A stretch of DNA of 38,435 bases from a virus (taxonomy: Duplodnaviria; Heunggongvirae; Uroviricota; Caudoviricetes): IMG/VR virus record IMGVR_UViG_2778261530_000011. One strand, given 5' to 3'. Shown here one piece after another: positions 1-9,245 of the stretch (its first letter is position 1; each line of letters starts with the position of its first letter). Below the pieces are notes generated by a model. It did not search any database and was not told where the DNA came from. It saw only the letters and a list, made by a program, of their open reading frames with translations. The translations under genes were made by a program, and so were the position numbers.

Positions 1-90
1 TTGCCTCCCCCCCGTTGATGGGTAAAATAGCCGCAATTTTTCGTTTTCAACAAGCGCGGCGCGATGCCGCTTACTCAAGAAGAAAGAATT

Positions 91-165
91 ATGACGTTGT
101 CTCCTTATTTGCAAGAGGTGGCGAAGCGCCGCACTTTTGCCATTATTTCTCACCCCAATAATTAA
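91..165 (+). pseudogene. prfC: 5' remnant of peptide chain release factor 3 gene truncated at the prophage left junction (attL region)
   Basis: ATG at 91 translates [22 protein letters not shown], recognised as the RF3 N-terminus; the frame then reads N-N-stop at 163-165 instead of continuing into the GTPase P-loop. Confidence 0.6.
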
Positions 166-385
166 GCCCAAATTAAAGCTCTTTTACTCTTTCAAAATCC
201 TTTCAGTTAATTGAGATTGAGCTATATAACTCATTTAAATACATTTAGTTATGCGGATTCTTTAATTGAAAATTCTTTCATGTAACTTTAAATCGATCAG
301 CTTGCTTTCATCAAAAATCTGTACATATGCTTGTACATAATGTACAAAGCAGCAGAGGTGTTTTGCGATTTGTACAAGGTGAGTA

Positions 386-1609
386 ATGGCGCTGTCTGAT
401 GCGTGGTTGCGTTCAGTCGTTGGAAAGGAACGTGATAAGGTTTTGGTTAAATCCGATCGTGATGGTCTGTCTGTCAGAGTATCACCGAAAGGTCGCGTAG
501 TGTTCCAATATCGTTATCAATGGGCAGGGAAAGGTGAGCGTCTTGATATCGGAACTTACCCGGCAACTGGATTAAAAGAGGCCAGAGAAGAAGTTATCCG
601 TCTCCGTGGTGAACTCGAGTCAAACCGTAATCCACGATTGGTCAAGCAGGCTGAAAAACGAAAAGCTACTGAAGCCATGACGGTAGAGTCTGTGATCCGT
701 GCCTGGTATGAAGCATATTGTGTAAAAAATAAAAAAGGCTCTGAACAGATACTCCGCTCGTTTGAGCTGCACCTGTTCTCTAAAATCGGGAATATCCCTC
801 ACGATGCAGCTACATTGCATGATTGGTTAGAAGTCCTGGAGCCTCTTAGCACCAAGACTCCAGCAATAGCAGACCGATTGCTAATTAACGCAAAGCAGGC
901 CCATGTCTGGGCGTATAAGAGAAAGCTCATTGAAACTCGCCCGCTGTCGGATATCACGGGTAAAGATATGGATATCCGTAAAGGTCAGAAGAAACGGTTT
1001 CTGACACATGATGAAATTAAAATCCTTTATGCTGCGATCGATGGTTCTCGAATGGTTCCTAAATACCGGGCCTTCATTAAACTATTGCTGCATTTTGGCT
1101 GCCGTAGTTCAGAGCTAATTACCGCCAGCGTGGACGATTTTGATTTCATTAATAAAGTATGGACTGTACCACCAGAACGACATAAGACTGGGGAGATAAC
1201 GGGCGAACCGCTAAAGCGGCCCATTATTGAACCGGTTGAAGAGCTTATAAAGTACGCTATTTCTATGAACAATGGTTCCGATATGCTTTTTACTAAGGAA
1301 GGAAGCAGGGAACCCGTTGGTCGGACATCATTGCAGTCGCTGCCTTACAATTTAATGCAGTACGCATGGCGGCGTTTGGGGTATCAATTCCCTCATTGGT
1401 CTCTTCATGATTTGAGGCGAACAGCACGAACAAACTTTTCTGATCTTACTGCGCCTCATATTGCAGAAATAATGCTAGGTCATAAACTGCCAGGGGTATG
1501 GCAAGTTTATGACAAGAGCGATTATCTAGAAGAACAGCGTAAAGCCTACCAGGCATGGTGGGAGAGGGTTGAATTGATAGTTGCTTGTATTAGCTCAGAC
1601 CCCAACTGA
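386..1609 (+). CDS. int: Tyrosine-type phage integrase with N-terminal arm-binding domain (P4/CP4-57-like family)
   Basis: 407-aa ORF; N-terminal DGLSVRVSPKGRVVFQYRYQWAGKGERLDIGTYP pattern typical of DUF4102 arm-binding domain; C-terminal HDLRRT and downstream Y consistent with the tyrosine recombinase catalytic core; sits next to the host junction. Confidence 0.9.
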   Translation: MALSDAWLRSVVGKERDKVLVKSDRDGLSVRVSPKGRVVFQYRYQWAGKGERLDIGTYPATGLKEAREEVIRLRGELESNRNPRLVKQAEKRKATEAMTVESVIRAWYEAYCVKNKKGSEQILRSFELHLFSKIGNIPHDAATLHDWLEVLEPLSTKTPAIADRLLINAKQAHVWAYKRKLIETRPLSDITGKDMDIRKGQKKRFLTHDEIKILYAAIDGSRMVPKYRAFIKLLLHFGCRSSELITASVDDFDFINKVWTVPPERHKTGEITGEPLKRPIIEPVEELIKYAISMNNGSDMLFTKEGSREPVGRTSLQSLPYNLMQYAWRRLGYQFPHWSLHDLRRTARTNFSDLTAPHIAEIMLGHKLPGVWQVYDKSDYLEEQRKAYQAWWERVELIVACISSDPN

Positions 1610-1877
1610 CCGTTTGCATAGCTAGAACGAAATAAAATCTGACTGTCCGCTTTGAGCGACAACTAGACCTCAAAATATCTGTTGGATAATGGGGACAAAA
1701 TACAATTAAAAAAACATATGCTTAATAAGCAACTTATTTTGTTTAAATTTATGAAACACTCTCTAAATTATCTCTTATGATTTAACATTCTTTCTCTATC
1801 ACATGTGTAAAAATATGGTTAAAAATGTTAACCAAGATGCATTGTTAATGTGTTGATTTTTAAGGTTGTTTTTGTTT

Positions 1878-1897
1878 GCGCCTTGAATGCAAGGCGC
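1878..1897. other. Stable hairpin (gcgcctt-gaatgc-aaggcgc) just past the 3' end of the minus-strand cassette; possible terminator for int read-through
   Basis: 7-bp perfect stem read directly; flanked by T-rich tracts on the + strand. Confidence 0.3.
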
Positions 1898-1903
1898 TAT
1901 TTA

Positions 1904-2401
1904 TCAAGATAGTCTATTCAGATCAGTATTAGGTGTGTTTCTTTTTGATGCAAAGATGGATTTGAATCTTTTTGAGTAACTATCAAAAAACCATTTTGTA
2001 TAATTACCTTCAATTTCCTCTAATATTGAATACTTCATCTCATGAAGTTCATTTTTATAATCACACTTTTTGCTTAACAAGTCTAAAGGTGTTGATCTGA
2101 TAGATGACAACTGTTCATCACATAATAATTTCTTACCAATCCTTTGTGATAAATGAGACAGCTGCATTTCAATTAATGAGACACTGGAGGCTAAAAAATT
2201 ATCCAACTCTAATTCTTTAGTATCTCTAGAAGAGAGCTTATCTAAAACATTATCAAAAAGAGATTCTATTTGCTGACAGATTTTATCCTTTTGCCTTGAA
2301 ATATCATTTCGCTTGAATGCTCTATTGTTGAAATAAGACGCAACAAGCCAACCAATTATAGCAATTACAATACTTGTATAATTAACCTCTTCCTGCATCA
2401 C
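1904..2401 (-). CDS. Hypothetical membrane-anchored protein (single N-terminal TM helix, charged or coiled C-terminal domain); third gene of cargo cassette
   Basis: 165-aa ORF; hydrophobic stretch IVIAIIGWLVASYF near the N-terminus; start overlaps the stop of the upstream gene; AT-rich codon usage. Confidence 0.5.
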   Translation of the reverse strand: MMQEEVNYTSIVIAIIGWLVASYFNNRAFKRNDISRQKDKICQQIESLFDNVLDKLSSRDTKELELDNFLASSVSLIEMQLSHLSQRIGKKLLCDEQLSSIRSTPLDLLSKKCDYKNELHEMKYSILEEIEGNYTKWFFDSYSKRFKSIFASKRNTPNTDLNRLS

Positions 2402-2714
2402 TCTCTGCCTTATTCAATCGTTCATCAATCAAGGTCTCAATACTCTTAATATCTTTATGAGTATAAGTTAGTTTTTTCTTAAGTTCGCTTAATGTGTAGC
2501 CTTCTACTCGGATCAAGCCACCAAACGCTTCATCAATAAATGAACGCCCATAACGGTTATATCCAGTCAACTCAACATGAACTAAATCATACTCTTTGAG
2601 AAAGCCTGCCAGATATTTGCGAAAGTTTTCCCCACAGCCTGCCCCATCGTCTGGATAGCGCCCGTAAGGCTTACTGTTGAAGTCTTTGATAACATTGATG
2701 TTTTTAGTCTTCAT
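2382..2714 (-). CDS. STAS-like small protein (DUF4325-like, anti-sigma-antagonist-like fold)
   Basis: 110-aa ORF; size and sequence character (SFIDEAFGGLIRVEGY) recalled as DUF4325, which typically accompanies GHKL ATPases; overlaps flanking genes by 11 and 20 nt. Confidence 0.5.
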   Translation of the reverse strand: MKTKNINVIKDFNSKPYGRYPDDGAGCGENFRKYLAGFLKEYDLVHVELTGYNRYGRSFIDEAFGGLIRVEGYTLSELKKKLTYTHKDIKSIETLIDERLNKAESDAGRG

Positions 2715-3813
2715 AGCTGACCTTGATGTTCCACTGAATTAAAGTACCTGGTACTTTATGAGTTAACTCATTAATTTTATCACCTTTCTTATTAGAAAGC
2801 TTGAACATACCTAAATTACTGTAAATCCAAAGATTTCCATGTTCATTATTTAGTACTAGAGCTTTAATACTCTTACTTCCTTGACCATGTTTATCATTGG
2901 CTGTACCGGTTACGTCTCCAATCATAGAAATTGCTATTTTTACTGCATCAGAAACAATACCTACTTTTACTTTAGAGCGCTCTTTATAACCTAAACCTAT
3001 TCTCTCAAGTTCTTCGTTAACCGCAACCTTTAGATCTGGATATTTTGATTTGAGCGTACTCATAAACCATGTCTTTTGCATTACAGTTTCAGGTATACCA
3101 ACACCTTCATCATATATAGCAAGATAAAGCTGGTCATGAATTACGTGACATGCAAGCCACCATCGTTTCTCATCATTATTTTTATGCGGATAGGCGTGTA
3201 AACCAACATTATTTATTGCTTCCTGAACAGCATCTGCATATGTATGTTCTGTTTCAGGTTTCATCTTGTTTTTATAAATTTCTTTCTGGATGAAATCTAT
3301 AATCTCATCTCTATATTCTCCTCCTACCCCGCTAATAATGGGCAAGTTTTCAACGTTTTCGAAGACAGGTTTTAATTTTTCGCCCCGACATAAGGCGACA
3401 AGACCTGAGTCTCTTAAAAGCTGATTAACTTTAAAATCTGTTGAAAATAATAATCTGTACGATAAACCTTTACGAATTGAAGTTTCAACACTGGCATAAA
3501 GTATTACTAATGCTGCCATTTTTATTGTTTTTGTATTTGTAAAATCTAAATATAATCTCTCATCAGGATTATATTTTTTATTCCTGACGTGATTTATCGA
3601 GTGTAGAGAGTGCGCAAAAAAATTAGGCTTATCTGGTGAATATATTGAAAACTCAGATGGAAACCGAATAAAGGTATTATCTTTTTTCTTTTGAGATTTT
3701 TTTTGTTGACGAAACTGCGAATACTCTTTCCCTTGACGGGAAACACTTCGCTGCCATCTTTTAAAAGCCAGCCTAATTCTTACACTTTTTTCCTTATTGG
3801 CCTTGTTTTCCAT
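2704..3813 (-). CDS. GHKL-superfamily (histidine-kinase-like) ATPase with uncharacterised N-terminal half
   Basis: 369-aa ORF; N-box-like EAINNVGLHA, G1 box DEGVGIP (DxGxG), G2 box GQGSKS in the C-terminal half; lysine-rich N-terminus; putative AGGGGA SD upstream of the ATG at 3813. Confidence 0.6.
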   Translation of the reverse strand: MENKANKEKSVRIRLAFKRWQRSVSRQGKEYSQFRQQKKSQKKKDNTFIRFPSEFSIYSPDKPNFFAHSLHSINHVRNKKYNPDERLYLDFTNTKTIKMAALVILYASVETSIRKGLSYRLLFSTDFKVNQLLRDSGLVALCRGEKLKPVFENVENLPIISGVGGEYRDEIIDFIQKEIYKNKMKPETEHTYADAVQEAINNVGLHAYPHKNNDEKRWWLACHVIHDQLYLAIYDEGVGIPETVMQKTWFMSTLKSKYPDLKVAVNEELERIGLGYKERSKVKVGIVSDAVKIAISMIGDVTGTANDKHGQGSKSIKALVLNNEHGNLWIYSNLGMFKLSNKKGDKINELTHKVPGTLIQWNIKVSYED

Positions 3814-4590
3814 GTGTCCCCTATCAATATGCTGTTCTTTTCATACTACGAATGATAGTACAATTAAACCAAGATTGGTATACAGACTACCCGTCGTCCA
3901 GCACAAAAATTTTGTTGGTGGTGAGATTGAAAAACGTAGTTGAATCATATAGATATGCTGCTTGAGTATAAAAATACCGTTCTTAGCCATGCTCAAGAAC
4001 GGCTTGGTTTTGTTGTTGATAAAAATACTAAAGCTTTAACGAGTCTTAAATCAATATTGAAATAACAAAATCAAATTAATTAACAAGAGGTTTATCATTG
4101 AAAAAATATAACCCAAGAAAAATCATTAATTTTGAGTTCCAATTAACACAAAATACAACTTAATAATGCTCATGAATATATTAAATCATTAATGCAGATA
4201 GTATTATTACCGAATAGGAACACAGCAACTTAGCTTATTCTGCCCTATTTATACCACTGCTCCTGACCTTGTGTGGTAGCAGGAGCATCAGACCAGTCAC
4301 GATTCTTGGGTTGCTGACTTGGGGCACGATCATTACTTGATACATTCTACTTTTCTTCCTTGAGAACCTTAATATTTCCATATGTCGCTACTTTACCCTC
4401 CTGCTTTCAGGCCTACATTCATACGGGGTTCAGCGTGCTTTAAACTATACTTCGCTTACCATTAAAATATTGTATTTCTTAGTATCAGCCGATGACTTTA
4501 CCCTTTTGGGGCTCGGGACATTTTTTCTTGTATATTTCAGGAAAATATTAAATAACCATTTATCCATATAGTGATGTCAACTAATAGCTA

Positions 4591-4785
4591 CTACTCAATA
4601 ATTCCAGCAAATCTGTATATCTTGTGTGATGCCCATTTATTTGGGCAGGATTTAATATCCGGATCTGGAAAGTCAGGCCTGTATTTCTGGCCCGTTCTCC
4701 TGTTTACACTGTTCCAGCGAAGAACAGTCGATACTGAAACGCCACAGAATTCGGCAACTTGTTTTGTTGTCATTAAGTTGTTCAT
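4591..4785 (-). CDS. xis: Excisionase / AlpA-family HTH DNA-binding protein
   Basis: 64-aa ORF with TKQVAEFCGVSVSTVLRW helix-turn-helix; strong AGGAGG SD 6-7 nt upstream; position between int-proximal cargo and early-left genes. Confidence 0.75.
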   Translation of the reverse strand: MNNLMTTKQVAEFCGVSVSTVLRWNSVNRRTGQKYRPDFPDPDIKSCPNKWASHKIYRFAGIIE

Positions 4786-5405
4786 TACTTCACCTCCTGC
4801 GGCGGCTCCGGTAGCGGTATCCAGTGGGTTACTTTCGATGCCGGTTCTTCTCCATCGTCAGTAACTGCCCACCATTTGTTTCTCGACCAATCGTAATACC
4901 CTTCGAAGGCATCGCACTTAGTCCAGCCGTAAGACTTACCCCAACACCAAACATACTGTTTATCGTTCGGCATTCGCTCACTACAGCTTATCCAACCATC
5001 CGGAGTTACCGGAGAGTTGCCCGATAGCTTGTTCAACTTGTAAGTCTGGCTTACAGGTTTGGCACCATGAAGCATGGTGGCGCGGCAGGCGTTCCAGCCT
5101 TCATCAAAGCCGACTATGCCATTATTTAAAGACGGACGAGCATCTGGCACCACCGGCACTGGCTTGGCTATATATAGCGGCTGAACATACCAGCCCTTTG
5201 ATAACCAACTGTCAGCAACGTTTTTACTTCTGGTTATTGCTGGAATACCCAAGCCATTGTCTGAATGCAGCCATGCCACCGGTTCTGCTTCCAGCGAGGC
5301 TAATGCTATTTCATAAGCCCGGCGCTCAATATTGTCTCGCACATCCAAGCTGCCTATGCGCTCTTTGATTTCTTTAATCATTTCTTTGTCGGTAAAAGTG
5401 GTCAT
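4785..5405 (-). CDS. DUF551-domain prophage protein
   Basis: 206-aa ORF with Trp-rich C-terminus ending WIPLPEPP, characteristic of DUF551; start and stop overlap neighbouring genes. Confidence 0.75.
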   Translation of the reverse strand: MTTFTDKEMIKEIKERIGSLDVRDNIERRAYEIALASLEAEPVAWLHSDNGLGIPAITRSKNVADSWLSKGWYVQPLYIAKPVPVVPDARPSLNNGIVGFDEGWNACRATMLHGAKPVSQTYKLNKLSGNSPVTPDGWISCSERMPNDKQYVWCWGKSYGWTKCDAFEGYYDWSRNKWWAVTDDGEEPASKVTHWIPLPEPPQEVK

Positions 5406-5917
5406 GCCGCATTTCCTTCTTGCTTATTAACGATTACACCGTCATATATTTCATTAAGGTGCCCTCTCAACTCCATGCGCCTTAATGCAGATAACATGTA
5501 ATCGCATTCAACCTGCTTATTCCCAATAAAAGGTTTATCTTCAGGGTTACCCCAACAGCAATTCCCCTTGGGCCATCCATGTACTTTCCGTACTCTTCCG
5601 TTAACAACGTGAAGTAATCCCCAGCCGGGAGGTAAATCCTCAACTGAAATAACTCCCGGCTCACTAATAAAGAATCGCCAGTCGCCCATGCCAAGTGAGG
5701 GATTTTTACGGAAACGCTTTTTTCTATCTGCCAACAAGTCAGCGCGAGAACACTTCGCCTCTATCAGGCATGATGCTGAATTTCTGAATCCCATAGCATC
5801 TGGCTGTTCTCCGGTACTGGTTACAGCTATAAAGCGGTCATGAAAACAAACCTTGAACCCGTTGCGCTTAAGGAACTTATACGCAATCTGACAGAGTTCG
5901 CGGTGTGTTAACGCCAT
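5402..5917 (-). CDS. Hypothetical protein, possible PD-(D/E)XK-fold (MmcB-like) nuclease
   Basis: ATG at 5917 preceded by AGGAG SD (the track's longer ORF begins upstream); D ... IEAK motif spacing suggests a restriction-endonuclease-like fold; function is inference. Confidence 0.55.
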   Translation of the reverse strand: MALTHRELCQIAYKFLKRNGFKVCFHDRFIAVTSTGEQPDAMGFRNSASCLIEAKCSRADLLADRKKRFRKNPSLGMGDWRFFISEPGVISVEDLPPGWGLLHVVNGRVRKVHGWPKGNCCWGNPEDKPFIGNKQVECDYMLSALRRMELRGHLNEIYDGVIVNKQEGNAA

Positions 5918-6093
5918 ATCACTCTCCTTTAGTGCGCAAGTGGTTTTTCCAGCGGTTTTGCGCCGCACTGGGCTTTTTGCAACAACTGTGCCCCATCACC
6001 CCGCAACACCCCGTCAACCTCACTCGTCTGTTGCTAATCCTCAACCATCGCCAGACCCCAACACCGTTTCTGCGAGCTAACAGAATCTTTGCT

Positions 6094-6852
6094 TTACAGT
6101 TTTTCATCGCTTTGCTCTCCTGCGTCTCCTTTGGTGCCAATATTTACAGCCTGACAAGCCTCTTTAAGCACCCAGTCAACAGCGTCCTTCCATGCTCCGG
6201 TTTCAGCTGGCGGATTCTCACACTTTACCTGTTCATAGAAGCGCACTGCTTTAACCAGTCCTTCCAGTACTACTGGCGATGGCTGTTTAGCTTCTAAATC
6301 AGCAATTCTGTCAACCACGGTATCGACGGCATCTGAAAAGCCGAACCAGTTACTCCACTCCGGCCTATCCCCGGTTGCTGCAAAATACATATCAGCTAAA
6401 GCAGACTCAGCATGGTCACGCTCATTGATGAGTTGCTCTTCGCTTTTCTCCAGTTCAGCAATACGCTTACTTCCATCCGAGATAACACCTTCGTAATATT
6501 CACGCTGCTCGTTGAGTTTTGATTTTGTCTCCTCAAGTTCAGCAACCAGTTTTCGAAGCCCTTCAATCTCACCATTGCGAGCAATGAGGTCGCGGCACAT
6601 GCTTTCGTTCTCATCCAGCAGTGCCAGCACGGTAGCCGGATTGGCTGCGGCTATGAATCGTTTATTGGCGCGATTATCCGGTCCTGAGCATGATGCTATG
6701 TAGTAATTGGCGTTCAGTCCGGCATCGGCAATTACTCCATGGTAGTCATCAGTACACCATTCGCCTGGTGTTGCATTTTCTGCCGCCAGTCGCAGAGCCT
6801 GATAGTTAATCTCGCTCACTGGTTGCCTCCTTTGCGAATCTGTTCCGCCCAT
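6094..6852 (-). CDS. Ea22-like early-left-operon protein
   Basis: 252-aa ORF; acidic coiled-coil middle and overall character recalled from ead/Ea22-like family proteins of lambdoid phages. Confidence 0.6.
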   Translation of the reverse strand: MGGTDSQRRQPVSEINYQALRLAAENATPGEWCTDDYHGVIADAGLNANYYIASCSGPDNRANKRFIAAANPATVLALLDENESMCRDLIARNGEIEGLRKLVAELEETKSKLNEQREYYEGVISDGSKRIAELEKSEEQLINERDHAESALADMYFAATGDRPEWSNWFGFSDAVDTVVDRIADLEAKQPSPVVLEGLVKAVRFYEQVKCENPPAETGAWKDAVDWVLKEACQAVNIGTKGDAGEQSDEKL

Positions 6853-7337
6853 TCTTCTAGGGATTTTTCCGCATATTCACCAGACAGGCCATCAATCGGA
6901 TGCGGTTCATTAGCCAACTCTTCTTTCGCTGACAGAATCATGCGCGTAACGTCGAAAACTTCACGTAAAGACTTATTGATAAATCCGTGGTTGAAAGCAG
7001 CAGCAAGACGACTTGCGGTATAGTTAATCCCCTCGTTGCGAGCCGCCGCACGAATTTCAGCCAGAAAAGCATCGGTGGCTGGAATTTGCGGCATACCTCC
7101 GTCTGTTGCGCAGATATACGCATCAGATATTTCATCCTGCTCGCCATTAAACACATAGCAACTCTGTACGATAAATTTATTCAGCCGCGCATTCTCCGCC
7201 GCCAGCGTCTCGCATTTAGCTTCAAGCGCGTCGAACTTACGTACCAGGTACTCAGCATTTGTTTCGTTCACTTTCAGATCTCGTGGTACACATCTCCCGC
7301 GAAGAAACCCTTCCATTTCGAAAACATTCATGCGCAT
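6816..7337 (-). CDS. Hypothetical early-left-operon protein
   Basis: 173-aa ORF; GGAG SD upstream of the ATG at 7337; overlaps both neighbours as in a coupled operon. Confidence 0.55.
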   Translation of the reverse strand: MRMNVFEMEGFLRGRCVPRDLKVNETNAEYLVRKFDALEAKCETLAAENARLNKFIVQSCYVFNGEQDEISDAYICATDGGMPQIPATDAFLAEIRAAARNEGINYTASRLAAAFNHGFINKSLREVFDVTRMILSAKEELANEPHPIDGLSGEYAEKSLEEWAEQIRKGGNQ

Positions 7338-7864
7338 TTGCGTAACTCCGATAACTCGTTAAAACGTTCCATAAACATCCCGTAGGCATGGCCCGGAGCC
7401 AGTGGAATAACTTTGAACATCTCTGTTGCCGGGATACCTTCCAGTACTGGCCAGAAAGAGCCATCATCAAGCCCGAGATCGCGGCGTTCAGTTGCCAGCA
7501 TGATGAGATCGGCATATTTCACAGGCGTGCTCATAACCGGGGGTAACCCGTATTTCTCACGGATTACGGCGTCTATTTTTTCTTCCATCCGTTTATAGTC
7601 AGGAAGAAGGCGTTTCAGTGGAGCCGGGATGTCCTGGCAATACGCTTCTGTTGCATCATGCATTAACGCTTCAAAAGCAAATTCCTGCGGTACCAGCTGG
7701 CTGCAAAGCACCGCATGTTGGGCGACGCTATAGAAGTGTGAAAGATGGCCGGCAAAGCGACAGATATTTGAAAGGGAAACCGCGATATCGTTAATATCGA
7801 TGTTGTCTTTATTTATCCTGTCATAATAAAAATGCTTCCCGGAAAAAGTTTTAATAAATGACAT
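7328..7864 (-). CDS. HD-domain phosphohydrolase (YfdR-like 5'-deoxynucleotidase family)
   Basis: ATG at 7864 with GGAG SD; H..HD motif (SVAQHA...MHDATE) typical of the HD superfamily. Confidence 0.7.
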   Translation of the reverse strand: MSFIKTFSGKHFYYDRINKDNIDINDIAVSLSNICRFAGHLSHFYSVAQHAVLCSQLVPQEFAFEALMHDATEAYCQDIPAPLKRLLPDYKRMEEKIDAVIREKYGLPPVMSTPVKYADLIMLATERRDLGLDDGSFWPVLEGIPATEMFKVIPLAPGHAYGMFMERFNELSELRKCA

Positions 7865-7992
7865 TTTGTTCTCCACGTTATATGCACTGCACCGTGCTGA
7901 ATTTTGGTTAAAGAAAACCCTCGCCTTCAGGCGATTATTGAGTCAATTACGTTCCCATAAATGCCCCCGCAGGGGCATTTGCAGTAATGAAA

Positions 7993-8817
7993 TCAGGCGG
8001 TGAAAGTACCAATAAAGGTTTCTACTTTGCTGTCTTTGAATTTCTCAACAAGCAGATCACGAAATTCGTTAGCCATTTCTTCCTGCACCGCTTCCAGCTG
8101 AATAATGCGCAGAACCAGTACAGGACGATCGCCAGTGATAATGCTGAGGCGTAATTTAAATGGACGTTCTTTCAGGCCTTCAAACGGAACGCATTTAAAC
8201 TCAAATGCCACTGGCATAATGTCTTTGGTCTTCGCTTCGACAGACTCCATCAGGGAGCGTTTGCCGCTGAAGTCATTATCTTCAAAATCCGCGGTCTGGT
8301 TTGCTTCAATCGTGATTTTACGGACCGCCGCAGCCGCTTTTGTTGCCTGAATGGTGTCACCATTAGCATCAAAGCCCATAAGGTAGTCGGCCCAGTCTTC
8401 AATCCATTCTGCCAGTGATTTCTGGGAGTTACGCTCGCCATTAACAGACAACAGAGCAGAGAACGGTGCTGTCTTTTTCAGTTTGAGAGTGGCGGTGTTA
8501 TCTGCGTGACCTGGTTCATCAATAGTCCCCAGGTTAAGCACGCTGACGGCACGCATATTATCAGCATCGATAAAGCAGCGGGTGCCTTCATCTGCAAGAT
8601 CTTTAGAATAACGGGTAAAGTCATCGATGCTGGCAGTGGAAAGCGCACCACGGAAACGGAAGCGATTTAAATTAAATTTTTCCAGATCATGAATGCGGAA
8701 ATTCTCAGGCAATGCCACAGCATCGGCACCAATCTTACTGATAATTTCATTAACACCCTGAGCAGAAATAAGGGCATGGATTTGATTAATTGCGGTTGCG
8801 TCTAAGTTCTGAGACAT
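7993..8817 (-). CDS. DUF2303-family protein (YfdQ-like)
   Basis: 274-aa ORF with GAGGA SD; recalled similarity to CPS-53-type prophage YfdQ. Confidence 0.65.
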   Translation of the reverse strand: MSQNLDATAINQIHALISAQGVNEIISKIGADAVALPENFRIHDLEKFNLNRFRFRGALSTASIDDFTRYSKDLADEGTRCFIDADNMRAVSVLNLGTIDEPGHADNTATLKLKKTAPFSALLSVNGERNSQKSLAEWIEDWADYLMGFDANGDTIQATKAAAAVRKITIEANQTADFEDNDFSGKRSLMESVEAKTKDIMPVAFEFKCVPFEGLKERPFKLRLSIITGDRPVLVLRIIQLEAVQEEMANEFRDLLVEKFKDSKVETFIGTFTA

Positions 8818-8882
8818 AATAAGTCCTCACTATATAAAGATATTCAGTGATGAGATAAATAATCAGTTTATTAAAAACGATA

Positions 8883-9245
8883 TTAACGACCTGCTGCGCG
8901 GAGTTTTCCGTCAGGTTCACCGGCAAGAGTCAGTAATTGTCCCTGGTCTTCCTGCAGAATAGTCAGGCGACCACCGCGATTGACATACATCGGCGTTTCG
9001 GTGGTGTCTTCTTCGGAAATTTTCCCGCGGTTAGTCGGGCGAACATATGAGAGTTTGTGTTTGATTTTCACACGGTTCTCATCAAATGGTTCGATTTCCA
9101 GGTTGAGTGAGACCTTACCTTTGGTTTTCGTGTTCATCACACCGGAAGCGACTTCACTGAGAACTGCGCCGATTTTGGTTTCAAATACGCCGCCGTCCAG
9201 CTCCCCGATAAATGCCTGCACATCAGTACTGCGTTCGCTAGCCAT
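8883..9245 (-). CDS. Hypothetical protein, first gene of the early-left operon
   Basis: Start placed at the internal ATG at 9245 preceded by GAGGAG SD; the longer track ORF (to 9476) has an Arg/Cys/Pro-rich N-terminus with no RBS. Confidence 0.6.
   Translation of the reverse strand: MASERSTDVQAFIGELDGGVFETKIGAVLSEVASGVMNTKTKGKVSLNLEIEPFDENRVKIKHKLSYVRPTNRGKISEEDTTETPMYVNRGGRLTILQEDQGQLLTLAGEPDGKLRAAGR

Noticed and set aside
620-820. 66-aa minus-strand ORF inside the integrase gene
   Set aside because: Embedded antisense in a confidently called CDS with no supporting signal.
1610-1903. Possible tRNA or attachment-site remnant downstream of int
   Set aside because: AT-rich sequence without tRNA-like conserved T-loop or acceptor features; the host junction is better explained by the prfC fragment upstream of int.
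4571-4864. 97-aa + strand ORF antisense to xis and the DUF551 gene
   Set aside because: Lies entirely inside well-supported minus-strand genes, has no RBS and its product is low-complexity; treated as an antisense artefact.
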